NCBI GenBank assembly: GCA_011605725.1
Contig: JAAOZP010000009.1
Coordinates: 1-64,000 of the forward strand
Length of the DNA: 64,000 nt
From: Nitrososphaerota archaeon
GTDB taxonomy: Archaea > Thermoproteota > EX4484-205 > JAAOZP01
Direction: 5' to 3'
Below the pieces are notes generated by a model that saw nothing but the letters and a program-made list of their open reading frames with translations, ran no database searches and had not been told where the DNA came from. A program made the translations under genes and the position numbers. Positions 47,809 to 58,069 of this stretch are shown here, piece after piece (position 1 is the first letter of the stretch; the number at the start of each line of letters is the position of its first letter).

Positions 47809-48810
47809 ATGTTTTTCAATTTCATGAAAAACGGGGTCGTTTTCTCCACGGCCTTGGACGACAATTTCTTAGAGGTTTTAAGCGGGGAAATGCCTTTTAA
47901 AAACGAGGTTGTTGCGATAAAGCTCCACATGGGTGAGCCCAGGAATAGGAACCATTTGAAGGCCGAGGAGGTTAAGAGGTTTGTCGATTTGTTGAAGCGA
48001 ATGGGCTGCAAGCCATTTCTTTTCGACACGACTGTTTCTTATGCTGGCAAGAGGAATAGTGTGGAGGGCTATTTTGAAGTAGCTGCTGTAAACGGCTTCA
48101 CAGATGCTTTCATGGAGTGTCCAATAGTGATCGGCGATGAAGAGCATGAAGCGGTGAAAGGCAGGCTTGAATACCGGGTTGCTAAGAAACTTTGCGGTGT
48201 CTCCGTCCTAGTCTTGACTCATGTTAAGGGTCATCCCTGTTCCGGCATAGGTGCTGCTATAAAGAACTTGGGAATGGGAGCAATGACCAAGAAAACTAAG
48301 TCAGAAATCCATGAAGGCGGTAAACCAGTCTACGTCGGGGGCTGCGAGGTTTGCGGCGTCTGTGTCGAGAACTGTCCTATAGGTGTTATGAAGCTTGACG
48401 AAGATGAGAAAAGGCCGAAACCCTCTTTAACAGACTGCTTAGGATGCTCTAACTGTACGATAGTTTGTCCCAGAGGAGCCTTGAAGCCGCGAGTAGCTGC
48501 TTTTGACTTTCTGCTGGCGGAGGCCGCTAAGGCAGCGATTTCAAAATTTAAGAAGGTTTATTTCGTGAATTTTCTACAAAGGATGACGAGGTTTTGCGAT
48601 TGTTTCGACGAGCCGTTGGAGCCAGTTATCGCTGACATAGGTATTCTCGCAGGCGGCGATATTCTTGCTGTTGAGAAAGCGACTCACGATTTAATTGTTA
48701 AAAAGGAAGGCAGAGATGTTTTCAAGGAGTTGAACAAGAAGTCTTTTAGAGAACAGTTGAAGGCTGCAGAACAAGTTTTCCTTGGTAAGCGAAATGATGG
48801 AGAAACTTAA
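47809..48810 (+). CDS. DUF362 Fe-S protein with 2x[4Fe-4S] ferredoxin insert
   Basis: AIKLHMGE, HVKGH, KNLGMG, two CxxCxxCxxxCP, CDC. Confidence 0.9.
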   Translation: MFFNFMKNGVVFSTALDDNFLEVLSGEMPFKNEVVAIKLHMGEPRNRNHLKAEEVKRFVDLLKRMGCKPFLFDTTVSYAGKRNSVEGYFEVAAVNGFTDAFMECPIVIGDEEHEAVKGRLEYRVAKKLCGVSVLVLTHVKGHPCSGIGAAIKNLGMGAMTKKTKSEIHEGGKPVYVGGCEVCGVCVENCPIGVMKLDEDEKRPKPSLTDCLGCSNCTIVCPRGALKPRVAAFDFLLAEAAKAAISKFKKVYFVNFLQRMTRFCDCFDEPLEPVIADIGILAGGDILAVEKATHDLIVKKEGRDVFKELNKKSFREQLKAAEQVFLGKRNDGET

Positions 48811-48824
48811 TACTAATGATTTTC

Positions 48825-49613
48825 TTAATAGAAGTACTCCGGCTTCTTCCTTCCCTCAGTTAATTCATACTGCCTAGCTGCCTCCTCCATCAGCCTGTCG
48901 AAGTCCCTACTGGTCTTTTCAATATCTTTAAGGTCAAGGTCTATTTTTAACATTTTAACCAGCTTCTCGAGAATAGCGTGAATACTTCTAGGATATATGT
49001 TGGCAAAGGGTGGAGCATGTCCCCATAGGCTTATAGCATCAATGCTTTTTCTCTGACAGGCGAGCACGAGAAGCGAGTGGATGCCTACTGGTGCGGGCTG
49101 CCTACTGCTTCCATACGTCACATATCCTACTCTGTATTCTTTCAACTCGTCTTTTAACCTGGGGTTTCCAACTACCGCCTCCACCGTCTGCTCTTCATGT
49201 GAAATTTCTGGAGTAACTACTCCGCCGATTATGTACATTCTCCTCACCCTGCAAAAACTTGCTAAATCAACTATTTCCTCAGCGTATTCGTTAGGCTTGA
49301 AATTAGGCTCGTCGGCAAGCAGAAGCATCAAATCGTTTCCTCCAGCCGTATTCTTACAGTAGAATAACTCTGTGGAAGGCCATTCTATCCTTCTTATAAT
49401 ACCCTCTTCAATCCATCCTAATGGCCGAGAGTTTTGAAGAATGTAGAAATCGTCCGGAACCATTTCGCCGAACTTTCTTGCCCCCAGCTTCCTTACTAGG
49501 TAGCTTACACTTCCGCTTGAAATTCTTCCAGCATCAGCCCAACCTCTAAACCCGAGTATGAACATTGGTTCTGTAAGTATAGGCTGCTCGTAAATATTGA
49601 ATCTCCCCCTCAT
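48825..49613 (-). CDS. PAC2-family (proteasome assembly chaperone-like) protein
   Basis: GFRGWADAG, EPN, SLWGHAP. Confidence 0.88.
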   Translation of the reverse strand: MRGRFNIYEQPILTEPMFILGFRGWADAGRISSGSVSYLVRKLGARKFGEMVPDDFYILQNSRPLGWIEEGIIRRIEWPSTELFYCKNTAGGNDLMLLLADEPNFKPNEYAEEIVDLASFCRVRRMYIIGGVVTPEISHEEQTVEAVVGNPRLKDELKEYRVGYVTYGSSRQPAPVGIHSLLVLACQRKSIDAISLWGHAPPFANIYPRSIHAILEKLVKMLKIDLDLKDIEKTSRDFDRLMEEAARQYELTEGRKKPEYFY

Positions 49614-50164
49614 TCTATCTCCTAAGGTTTTGAACCCGTGGGAGGATTTAAACCTATTAAGCGAGCGACCAGCGCGGGGACTGCAAAATGACGTCGACGA
49701 CGTGTCTTCTCCAACCCTCATTAACACCGTTTTCCTTTCAATATTCGAGCAGAAGCGCTTGGTCTCTCATTCCAGCAGCAGATATTGTTATTCATCCCCA
49801 TACATGGGCATGCCTAAATTATTAGTAGAACTCTGGCTATCTTACCCTCAGGTATTCCCACCCCCTGGCCGCTTCCTTCTCCCTCGTTAAAAATCGTTAC
49901 CCACACCGGAGAGTTACGCAGTGTTCAAGGTGCGCGGGCTATCTCCACTAGCCTTAAATTCCAAGAGTCTAAGTCCTTCTGCCACGCCTGTCGTTAGGTC
50001 TGTTTAACGTCAACGGGTGTAAATCCATGGGGGCGTGCTTCTCAATTACAGAACGTAAGTCCTTCCAGGGAAAAATGGCTGGGTAAAACGTCTTCCCTCG
50101 GATTTTTCCACGATGGCTTCAGGCTGGCGGAAAAAGGTTATATAGGTTGCTTCGATAAAATGCT

Positions 50165-50581
50165 TTGGACATGTCCATCGTTCAGACATATAGGGGCAAG
50201 ACTCTCGAGGAGCTGAACAGCCTTTCGATGAACGAGCTGATGAGGCTTCTCCCAGCCAGGATTAGGAGAAGCCTTAAGAGAGGACTTCACCCTGAGACTC
50301 GGAAGCTCCTCGAGAAGATCAGGAAGGTTAAGGCTGAGATGGCTCGAACCGGGGTTCAGCCCAGGAGGATAAGAACTCACAGGAGGGATATGCCTATTCT
50401 CCCGGAGATGGTTGGGTTAACCATTGAGGTCCATAACGGTAAGGACTTCATACCTGTCGAAATCACTCTGGATAAGGTGGGCCACTACTTGGGTGAGTTT
50501 GCAATAACCAACAAGAGGGTTGTTCACGGTAAGCCTGGAGTCGGAGCTAGCAAGGCTTCTACTTACGTGCCTTTGAAGTAA
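50165..50581 (+). CDS. rps19: 30S ribosomal protein S19 (uS19)
   Basis: [27 protein letters not shown]. Confidence 0.97.
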   Translation: MDMSIVQTYRGKTLEELNSLSMNELMRLLPARIRRSLKRGLHPETRKLLEKIRKVKAEMARTGVQPRRIRTHRRDMPILPEMVGLTIEVHNGKDFIPVEITLDKVGHYLGEFAITNKRVVHGKPGVGASKASTYVPLK

Positions 50582-50614
50582 GAAAAATAAAAAGGATTAG
50601 GGAAAGAATTGGCC

Positions 50615-50845
50615 TTACTGCTTCTTAGGCTGCTCCTTCCAAACATACGTTATTCTATCGTCTATCACCAGGTATTCTCCACTGTCCTTGACTGATACCA
50701 TGGGTTTCTTCAATATTGTAGCAATCTTTCTAAGTCCTTCAAGCGACTTGACGTGTGCAACGTATCCTTCAGGAGTCTTCTCAAGCTTATCCACGTTCAC
50801 TGCTCTACGTATGCTGGGCTCGGCTTCAGCCGCCTCCTTGCTCAT
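50615..50845 (-). CDS. Small hypothetical protein
   Basis: 76 aa ORF filling the S19-L22 gap, with an upstream TTTAAAT-like box. Confidence 0.6.
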   Translation of the reverse strand: MSKEAAEAEPSIRRAVNVDKLEKTPEGYVAHVKSLEGLRKIATILKKPMVSVKDSGEYLVIDDRITYVWKEQPKKQ

Positions 50846-50948
50846 TTTCTATCGCTAAAGCTGCTTTATCCTAGGATTTAAGCATTGCCTATAACGGGCA
50901 AAATATTTAATAATTGGTGCATATTCCTGTCCTGCTTCCACAGCCAAG

Positions 50949-51425
50949 GTGTTGAGTTTGCCAAGCTTTAAGTACAGTTTGGTTGAGGTGGACAGGGCCC
51001 GTTCGGCTAAGGCCAGCCTTAGAGAGGTTAGAGTATCGCCTAAACACTCGGTTGAGCTGGCCAGGTTTATAAAGGGTTTAAGGATCCCGGAGGCCAGGGA
51101 AAGGCTGGAGGCGGTTGTGGAGAAAAAGCTCCCTGTCCCGTTTAAAAGGTACAGGAAGAAGGTTCCTCATAGAAGGGGGGTTTTAAAAGCTGACTCCGGA
51201 AGGTATCCTGTTAAAGCAGCCAGGTTCTTACTAAGGCTGCTGGCGCAGCTTGAGGCTAATGCTGAGTTTAAAGGATTATCGCCGGAGAGGATGAGGATAA
51301 CCGGTGTCGTTGTCCATCGTGGGAGAAAGCTGAAAAGATATACGCCTAGAGCCTTCGGAAGGGCTACACCGAGGTTTGAAACCCTTACTCACGTGGAGGC
51401 CTTGGCTGTGGAGGAGGCTGGTTGA
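50949..51425 (+). CDS. rpl22: 50S ribosomal protein L22
   Basis: GRYPVKAA, PRAFGRA. Confidence 0.97.
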   Translation: MLSLPSFKYSLVEVDRARSAKASLREVRVSPKHSVELARFIKGLRIPEARERLEAVVEKKLPVPFKRYRKKVPHRRGVLKADSGRYPVKAARFLLRLLAQLEANAEFKGLSPERMRITGVVVHRGRKLKRYTPRAFGRATPRFETLTHVEALAVEEAG

Positions 51426-51426
51426 A

Positions 51427-52077
51427 ATGTCTGCTAGGCGGAAAACGATTTTCTACAAGAGGGTTCTTGAATTCGGAAAGCTGCATCAGAAGATCGACGA
51501 CTTTCTAAAAGAGTACTTGAAGGAAGCTGGTTACAATGGTGTTAGACTGTTGAACGTCCCAATGGGTCTGGTGGTTACAATATACACTAGTAAGCCGGGT
51601 GCCGTCATAGGGCCGGATGGGAGAAACATAAGGGAGCTTCAAAACATGCTTCAGAAAAATTTTGGTCTTGAGAATCCTCAGGTTAATGTGGCTGAAGTTG
51701 AGAACCCTGATCTTGAGCCTCAACTGGTTGCGCAAATGATATGCAGGGCTTTAGAGCGGGGTGTTAAATACCGTAGGGCTGCTAGGGTTGCTCTCCGCAG
51801 GATAGTTGCAGCCGGTGCCGTTGGTTGCGAGATAAGGATAGCCGGTAAGCTGGCGACTGACAGAAGCAGGTTTGAAAAGTTTACATATGGTTATCTGCCT
51901 GCGGCTGGAGACCCAGCTATGAAGTATGTTAAAACCGGGAAGGCGAGTGTGCTTTTGCCTCAGGGCCTAATAGGGGTCAAGGTTAAGATTCTCTGTAAAG
52001 CATCCTTCCCGGATGAGGTTCAGATAATAGGGGTTCAGAAGGAGGCTGCTGAAGTTGGCGAGGCTAAAGGCGAGTGA
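51427..52077 (+). CDS. rps3: 30S ribosomal protein S3
   Basis: KPGAVIG, GCEIRIAGKL, GVKVKI. Confidence 0.97.
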   Translation: MSARRKTIFYKRVLEFGKLHQKIDDFLKEYLKEAGYNGVRLLNVPMGLVVTIYTSKPGAVIGPDGRNIRELQNMLQKNFGLENPQVNVAEVENPDLEPQLVAQMICRALERGVKYRRAARVALRRIVAAGAVGCEIRIAGKLATDRSRFEKFTYGYLPAAGDPAMKYVKTGKASVLLPQGLIGVKVKILCKASFPDEVQIIGVQKEAAEVGEAKGE

Positions 52078-52267
52078 AGTAAGGGCGATGTCTAGGGAGG
52101 AACGGCTTAAAAGGCTCCAGGAGCTTAGAAGCGAACTTATGATGGCGAGGATGAGAGCTGCCTCAGGGCTGGAGGAGAACACTAAGATGGTTAGAGAACT
52201 GAAGCGTGCTATAGCAAGAATACTTACTGTTGAAAAGGAGGAGGGGAGAATTGAGAGCTCCAAGTAA
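52055..52267 (+). CDS. rpl29: 50S ribosomal protein L29
   Basis: ELRSEL..LKRAIARILT. Confidence 0.95.
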   Translation: MARLKASEVRAMSREERLKRLQELRSELMMARMRAASGLEENTKMVRELKRAIARILTVEKEEGRIESSK

Positions 52268-52520
52268 CCTTGCGTATCACGAGTTGAATGGTCTGCATGT
52301 TAGGGTTGTGGATTTGAGCAGCGGGTCGACTGTTGCTTCGGGCAGGGTTGTCTGGGAAACGAAGAACACTTTCACCATACTGTCTGAAAGAGGCAGGTGT
52401 CTAACAATACCTAAGCATAACAAGAGATTCTTTTTCAGACTTGGCGACACGGATGTTGCTATAAATGGAGACTCGATTGCCTTCAGACCTGAAGAAAGAA
52501 CTGGGAGGGTTGACCCATGA
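52251..52520 (+). CDS. rnp1: RNase P protein component 1 (Rpp29)
   Basis: HELNGL..GRVVWETKNT..IPK..RPEER. Confidence 0.93.
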   Translation: MRAPSNLAYHELNGLHVRVVDLSSGSTVASGRVVWETKNTFTILSERGRCLTIPKHNKRFFFRLGDTDVAINGDSIAFRPEERTGRVDP

Positions 52521-52840
52521 GCTTTCTTAAGGGTCTCAATATTTCTCCACCTGAGACCGAGTGCAGTGACAGGAAGTGTCCGTTTCACGGTGAAGTTAGG
52601 ATCAGGGGAAGTGTTTTTGAGGGCGTTGTTGTTTCTGACCGAATGAAGAACACGGTGATCGTCATGAGAGAATACTTGCAGTATGTTCCGAAGTATAAGC
52701 GTTACATGAGGAAGAGGAGCAGAATACCTTCTCACAATCCTCCGTGCATCGCTGCTAGAACAGGGGATAAAGTTATAATAGGTGAGAGTAGACCTTTAAG
52801 CAAGACGGTGCATTTCGTAGTGCTGGGTAAGGTGAAGTAG
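52517..52840 (+). CDS. rps17: 30S ribosomal protein S17
   Basis: CPFHG, KYKRY, RPLSKT. Confidence 0.97.
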   Translation: MSFLKGLNISPPETECSDRKCPFHGEVRIRGSVFEGVVVSDRMKNTVIVMREYLQYVPKYKRYMRKRSRIPSHNPPCIAARTGDKVIIGESRPLSKTVHFVVLGKVK

Positions 52841-52841
52841 C

Positions 52842-53279
52842 ATGGCGGTGAAGAAATCCAGAGCAGTTTCTGCAAAAGGCATTTTAGAGTATAGGCTGAG
52901 AGGCTCTAGGGGTCTTCCTGTTGGCGCGAGCCTCGTCTGTGCGGACAATTCCGGCGCTAAGCTTCTAAGGATTGTTCAAGTAGCTAAGTCTGGAGGACGT
53001 CTTAGACGTCTACCCTCAGCTAAGGTGGGTGATCTAGTAACGGTCTCCGTTAAAAAGGGTACTCCTGACCTTAAGAACAAGCTTATGAAGGCGATAATAG
53101 TTAGACAGCGTTTCCCAATCAGGAGAAGAGACGGGTTAAGGGTTGTTTTCGAGGATAATGCTGCCGTGCTTATGACGCCTGAGGGAGACTTGAAGGGTAC
53201 TGAGGTTAAGGGCCCGGTTGCAAAAGAGGCTGTGGACCTATGGCCTAAGCTTTCAGCACTAGCCTCGTCAGTGGTGTGA
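52842..53279 (+). CDS. rpl14: 50S ribosomal protein L14 (uL14)
   Basis: CADNSGAK, FEDNAAV, GPVAKEA. Confidence 0.98.
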   Translation: MAVKKSRAVSAKGILEYRLRGSRGLPVGASLVCADNSGAKLLRIVQVAKSGGRLRRLPSAKVGDLVTVSVKKGTPDLKNKLMKAIIVRQRFPIRRRDGLRVVFEDNAAVLMTPEGDLKGTEVKGPVAKEAVDLWPKLSALASSVV

Positions 53280-53632
53280 ACGGTATGAACGAGAGACACT
53301 TAGCATATAAGGCTTCCTCCGTTCATCTGAGTCGTGAGCTTAGAAGTAAGTATGGTTTCAGGAGCCTGCCCATCAGAGCCGGAGACAGGGTTCTTATAAT
53401 CAGAGGAGACTATAAGGGTGTTGAAGGCGATGTTAGCAGAGTTGACAGGGCGAGGGGGCGTGTCTACGTTTCAGGAGTATACCGTGAGAATGCTCGTGGC
53501 GAGCAGCGCTTAATACCAATACCGTTAAGCTCAGTGATACTCGTAAAGATTGAGGATAAGGATGAGTGGAGGCGGCGCTTGATAGAGAGGAAGCTTAAGC
53601 CAGTTAAGGAGGCATCGGAAAATGGCTCGTAA
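53276..53632 (+). CDS. rpl24: 50S ribosomal protein L24 (uL24)
   Basis: LSRELRSKYG.RSLPIR.GD.V..RG. Confidence 0.96.
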   Translation: MNGMNERHLAYKASSVHLSRELRSKYGFRSLPIRAGDRVLIIRGDYKGVEGDVSRVDRARGRVYVSGVYRENARGEQRLIPIPLSSVILVKIEDKDEWRRRLIERKLKPVKEASENGS

Positions 53633-54344
53633 AGGTGGCTCTAAGAGCTTAAAGAGGTTTGCTGCCCCGCCTGTAATGCAGGTTTCCAGCGTTAAGGAGA
53701 GAAAGTTCGTCACCAGGCCTGAGCCTGGTCCACATAGTCTCAAGATGTCAATACCCTTGCAGGTTCTCGTCAGAGACATCTTGAAAATGGCTGAGACAGG
53801 TAGGGAGGCGAAATATGTGATAAGCCACTCGATGGTTCTCGTAGACGGGGTTGTGAGGACTTCCCACAAGTTTCCAGTGGGGCTTATGGATGTTGTCAGC
53901 GTGAGAGAGCTGGGTAAACACTTCAGGATTCTGGTTAACGAAAAGGGTGAGCTAATCCCGGTTGAAATCCCGCAGGAGGAGGCTTCCATGAAAATATGCA
54001 GGATTAACAAGAAATATCTTTACAGGGGCAGGCTGAGGCTTGCGACTGAGGATGGGCGATCCTTTGAAACGGAAGACTGGTCTCTGAACGTAGGCGGCTC
54101 GCTTCTTGTAAAGATTCCGGAAGGAACTGTTCTAGACAAGGCTCCTCTATGTGAAGGCGTTATTGGATATGTTTTCATGGGTAAGCACACGGGTGCCGTC
54201 GGCACCGTTAGAAAAGTCTCTGAATCAAGCCTGCTTAGAGAAAGTACTGTTACGCTTTCAGTTGCAGACGGGAGTGAAATAAGCACTGTTAAGGATTACG
54301 TTATGGTTGTCGGGAGGGATAAGCCTTGGTTGAAACTGTTTTAG
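53622..54344 (+). CDS. rps4e: 30S ribosomal protein eS4
   Basis: LKRFAAP, PGPH, FPVGLMDV. Confidence 0.97.
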   Translation: MARKGGSKSLKRFAAPPVMQVSSVKERKFVTRPEPGPHSLKMSIPLQVLVRDILKMAETGREAKYVISHSMVLVDGVVRTSHKFPVGLMDVVSVRELGKHFRILVNEKGELIPVEIPQEEASMKICRINKKYLYRGRLRLATEDGRSFETEDWSLNVGGSLLVKIPEGTVLDKAPLCEGVIGYVFMGKHTGAVGTVRKVSESSLLRESTVTLSVADGSEISTVKDYVMVVGRDKPWLKLF

Positions 54345-54865
54345 AGGAGAAAAAGGCTCAGGCGAATCCTATGAGGCGAATAATGATCGAGAAGGTTGTG
54401 GTCAACATTTGTCCTGGGAAGCCGGGTGAACCCTTGGAGAAGGCTAAGCAGGTTTTAACGCTTTTAACCGGTATGAAGCCTGCTGAGAGAAGAGCTAGGA
54501 AAACAATAAAGGAGTTTGGCGTCAGAAGGCGTGAAGCCATCGCTGCGATAGTGACTCTAAGGGGTAGCAGGGCAGAGGAGTTTCTCGAAAAGGCTTTCAC
54601 AGCAATCGGCAGGAAGGTGAAGGCATCCAGCTTCCAGAACGGTGTCTTCAGCTTCGGCGTGAGAGAGCATATTCAGTTTCCAGGGGTTAAGTATGATCCT
54701 AAGATAGGCGTGCTAGGTATGGATATATGTGTCAAGCTTTGCAGGCCAGGGTTCCGTGTAATGTATAGGAGGCGCAGGAGAAGCACTGTAGGCAAGTCTC
54801 ATAGAATAACTAGGGAGGAGGCGATTAACTTTATGAAGGAGCGGTTCAGCCTGGAGGTTGTCTGA
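54326..54865 (+). CDS. rpl5: 50S ribosomal protein L5
   Basis: [23 protein letters not shown]. Confidence 0.97.
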   Translation: MVETVLEEKKAQANPMRRIMIEKVVVNICPGKPGEPLEKAKQVLTLLTGMKPAERRARKTIKEFGVRRREAIAAIVTLRGSRAEEFLEKAFTAIGRKVKASSFQNGVFSFGVREHIQFPGVKYDPKIGVLGMDICVKLCRPGFRVMYRRRRRSTVGKSHRITREEAINFMKERFSLEVV

Positions 54866-54866
54866 A

Positions 54867-55028
54867 ATGGCTCGTCAAACTCCGAAGAAGAGAACGTTCG
54901 GCAAGGGCTCGAGGCCCTGTGTGAGATGCGGCTCATACGGGCCGATAATCCGGCAATACGGCTTAAACTATTGTAGACACTGCTTCAGGGAGGTTGCTCC
55001 ACTGCTGGGCTTCAGGAAGTATAATTAG
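54867..55028 (+). CDS. rps14: 30S ribosomal protein S14 (zinc type; not in ORF track)
   Basis: Manual translation [30 protein letters not shown]. Confidence 0.96.
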   Translation: MARQTPKKRTFGKGSRPCVRCGSYGPIIRQYGLNYCRHCFREVAPLLGFRKYN

Positions 55029-55039
55029 GTGTTACATGA

Positions 55040-55432
55040 ATGACTCTTAATGATCCTCTGGCCAACGCGTTAACGGCTCTTCAAAACGCTGACCTGCGTA
55101 GAAAGAAAGAGTGCATAATATCTCCTGCTTCTAACCTTATAGGGCACGTGCTTAAGATTCTTCAGCAATCCGGGTACATAGGCGAGTTCGAATTCATAGA
55201 CGATGGTAAAGCAGGCTTCTTCAGGGTTCAGCTTGTGGGGAGGATTAACAAGTGTAGGGCGATTAAGCCCAGGTTTCCAGCATCCTACCGTGATATTGAG
55301 AAGTTTGAAAAAATGTTTCTCCCAGCCTACAATGTTGGGCTTCTAATCGTTTCAACACCCCAGGGCTTAATGACTCATACTGAGGCTAAGAGCAGGAAGA
55401 TTGGAGGAAGGTTGATCGCATATGTCTACTAG
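55040..55432 (+). CDS. rps8: 30S ribosomal protein S8
   Basis: [23 protein letters not shown]. Confidence 0.98.
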   Translation: MTLNDPLANALTALQNADLRRKKECIISPASNLIGHVLKILQQSGYIGEFEFIDDGKAGFFRVQLVGRINKCRAIKPRFPASYRDIEKFEKMFLPAYNVGLLIVSTPQGLMTHTEAKSRKIGGRLIAYVY

Positions 55433-55991
55433 CAATATAGAGTCTGCTGTTCATGTTGCTACTGTGAAAGTGCCTGAAAACGTGAAGATAAGCCTCCAGT
55501 ATTCAACTGTGACTGTTGAGGGGCCTCTTGGAAGGCTTTCCAGAGACTTTTCCCACACCGGTTTAAAGCTTACTCTAGAGGGAGACGTTCTTAAGGTTTT
55601 CAGCGTCAACAAAGGGAGAAGGTTTAAAGCGAGGGTTGGAACTGTTGCAAAATTGATTAAGAACATGTTTGAAGGCGTTCTCCACGGCTATATCGTTAGA
55701 TTGAAGATTGTCTATTCTCACTTTCCCGTCACAGTTAAGTATGACAAGCCTACTGGAACGGTTTCTATACATAATTTCATGGGTGAGAAGTCTCCCCGAC
55801 TCTTCAAAATACCTTTTCCAAACGTTGACATTCACGTTTCGGGTCAAGACATTACTGTCACAGGACTAGACAAGAACGAGGTTACTCAGGTTGCTGCAAT
55901 GTTCGAATTAGCAACCAAGATTAAGGATAAGGATCCAAGAGTTTACATCGACGGCATATACGTTGTGGAGAAAGGATTATGGAGGAAGTGA
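55422..55991 (+). CDS. rpl6: 50S ribosomal protein L6
   Basis: [21 protein letters not shown]. Confidence 0.97.
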   Translation: MSTSNIESAVHVATVKVPENVKISLQYSTVTVEGPLGRLSRDFSHTGLKLTLEGDVLKVFSVNKGRRFKARVGTVAKLIKNMFEGVLHGYIVRLKIVYSHFPVTVKYDKPTGTVSIHNFMGEKSPRLFKIPFPNVDIHVSGQDITVTGLDKNEVTQVAAMFELATKIKDKDPRVYIDGIYVVEKGLWRK

Positions 55992-56407
55992 ATATGTCTG
56001 CCGAAATAAAGAAGCTTCTCTCCGCTAGGAGGAGACGGAAAGAAACAAAACCATCGTTCGTCAGGCAGGAGAGCTGGAGATACACTAGGCTTAGTGAAAA
56101 CTGGCGTAGACCAAGAGGAAAGGACAGTAAAATGAGGCTTAGTGCAAAAGGCTGGCCTAAGACAGTCAACATCGGTTACGGCACACCAAGGCGGTCGAGA
56201 GGCCTCCACCCTTCAGGCTTAAGACCCATCCTTATCTCATCTAGACGCGACTTGGAGAAAGCAGGTTCTCCCAATGGTAAAATACTTGTATTCTCCTCTA
56301 GGCTTGGCAGAAGGCTGAGGGAGGCTCTTGCCAAGGAGGCCTCCTCCAAGGGCTTCATTATCGCGAACTATGAGAGGAAGGTTATTGAGAAGGCTGAGGA
56401 GGGTTAA
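55979..56407 (+). CDS. rpl32e: 50S ribosomal protein eL32
   Basis: FVRQES..WRRPRG.DSKMR, GLHPSG. Confidence 0.97.
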   Translation: MEEVNMSAEIKKLLSARRRRKETKPSFVRQESWRYTRLSENWRRPRGKDSKMRLSAKGWPKTVNIGYGTPRRSRGLHPSGLRPILISSRRDLEKAGSPNGKILVFSSRLGRRLREALAKEASSKGFIIANYERKVIEKAEEG

Positions 56408-56410
56408 TAG

Positions 56411-56842
56411 TTGAGTGTTAAGACTGTCAGAAGACTGGCTGCTGACATCTTGAAAGTCGGGGAGTCGAGAATCTGGATAGACCCTGCAAGGATTGAAGAA
56501 GTTGAGGACGCTGTTACAAGGGCTGACGTGAGGAGGCTTATTAAAAGCGGCGTGGTAAGGGAGAGGCCGCCGTCAACCCCGAGCAGGGGGAGGGTTAGGG
56601 CGAGAAGCGGGAGAAGAGGCCCGGGAAGCAGGAAGGGGGCAAAGGGTGCTAGAATGACTGTGACATGGGTTGAGAAGGTCAGGGCTCAGAGAAGGCTTCT
56701 CAAACAGCTCCGGGACAAAGGCGTTATTTCAAGAAGGCTCTACAGGAGGCTCTACCTAATGGTTAAGGGCGGTGCTTTCTCTAGCAGAAGGGTTTTGATG
56801 AATTATGTTGCTTCGCTGAAAGAAAGGGGTGAGGCTGTTTAA
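56411..56842 (+). CDS. rpl19e: 50S ribosomal protein eL19
   Basis: RLAADIL..RIWIDP, RRGPGSRKG, KGGAF. Confidence 0.97.
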   Translation: MSVKTVRRLAADILKVGESRIWIDPARIEEVEDAVTRADVRRLIKSGVVRERPPSTPSRGRVRARSGRRGPGSRKGAKGARMTVTWVEKVRAQRRLLKQLRDKGVISRRLYRRLYLMVKGGAFSSRRVLMNYVASLKERGEAV

Positions 56843-57417
56843 TGGCTAGGTCAGCATCCTACAGGGTGAAGTTTAAGCGTCGCAGGAAGGGTCTTACGGA
56901 CTACTATTTAAGAACAAAGCTTCTCAGGTCAGGCTTACCTAGAGTGGTCGTAAGGGTTTCAAACAAGCATGTGCGCGTGGCGGTTGTTTCAAGCAGGCTC
57001 GGCGGGGACGTTGTTATTGCCCATGCTTTCTCACAGGAGCTTAAGAAATTCGGCTGGCCTTTCAGCTTCAACAATACTCCGGCAGCCTACTTGACGGCTT
57101 ACTTAGCTGGATTAAGATGTTTAAAGAAAAATGTTTCAGAAGGTATTCTAGACGCTGGACTACACAAGCCGACTAAGGGTGGAAGAGTATATGCTGCTTG
57201 CAGCGGGCTTCTGGATGCGGGCTTCAAGTTGAGGGTTGACCCATCTATGCTCCCGGATAAGAGTAGGATAACGGGGGAACACATATCTCGCTTCTTCAAA
57301 GAATCAGGGGGAAAAGGTTTTTCAAGGTATGTGGAAGCCGGTTTGAAGGTTGAGGAGATGCCAAAAATATTTGAAGAGGTTAAAGGCAGGTTGAGGGAGG
57401 CTGCTGTAAATGGCTGA
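56842..57417 (+). CDS. rpl18: 50S ribosomal protein L18 (uL18)
   Basis: RRRKGLTDY, NTPAAYLT, RITGEHI. Confidence 0.97.
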   Translation: MARSASYRVKFKRRRKGLTDYYLRTKLLRSGLPRVVVRVSNKHVRVAVVSSRLGGDVVIAHAFSQELKKFGWPFSFNNTPAAYLTAYLAGLRCLKKNVSEGILDAGLHKPTKGGRVYAACSGLLDAGFKLRVDPSMLPDKSRITGEHISRFFKESGGKGFSRYVEAGLKVEEMPKIFEEVKGRLREAAVNG

Positions 57418-58069
57418 GGACGAGATAGGGGAGCCTGAGGAAGAAGTCAGAGAGATAACCATCGAAACTCCTTTAATAAGGATGATTAAAGAAGGCAGAG
57501 TTTCATCCGTTGAAGACGTTTTCAACATGGGTCTGAAGATAAGGGAGCCTGAGGCTATAGACCTTTTGTTACGCAAGATAAGGGAGGAAGTCATATCGAT
57601 GAGCCCTGTTCAAAAGCAGAGCGATGCTGGTGAGAAGACTCGTTTCAGAGCACTCGTTGTCGTTGGGGATGAGGATGGTCATGTCGGCATAGGTTCAGCT
57701 AAGGCTAAGCAGGTTAGAGACGCGATTGAAAAGGCCGCTAGGAAGGCTAGGCTAAACATAATACCTGTACCAAGAGGATGCGGCTCGTGGGAGTGTAAAT
57801 GCGGGGAGCCTCATTCAATACCTTCTAAAACATTCGGTAAGACTGGAAGTGTTTCTATCGTTCTATTCCCCGGTCCTAAGGGTCTCGGCTTGGTTGTAGG
57901 AGACGCTGCGAAACCTGTTTTCAGGCTCGCCGGGATAAAGGATGTTTGGTCTAAGACTAAGGGCTCCACTTCAACAAGCCACTCCTTCGTGACTGCTGCC
58001 TACCTTGCTTTGAAAAGGCTTTTCACAACCAGTTTCCTAGCTTCGGAGGCTGCTCGCGTTGAAGTCTGA
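57410..58069 (+). CDS. rps5: 30S ribosomal protein S5
   Basis: QKQSDAGE, RGCGSWEC, PKGLGLV. Confidence 0.97.
   Translation: MAEDEIGEPEEEVREITIETPLIRMIKEGRVSSVEDVFNMGLKIREPEAIDLLLRKIREEVISMSPVQKQSDAGEKTRFRALVVVGDEDGHVGIGSAKAKQVRDAIEKAARKARLNIIPVPRGCGSWECKCGEPHSIPSKTFGKTGSVSIVLFPGPKGLGLVVGDAAKPVFRLAGIKDVWSKTKGSTSTSHSFVTAAYLALKRLFTTSFLASEAARVEV

Noticed and set aside
49730-50140. Possible decayed gene in the PAC2-rps19 gap (also 63130-63480)
   Set aside because: Reads like eroded coding DNA, but no family could be assigned.
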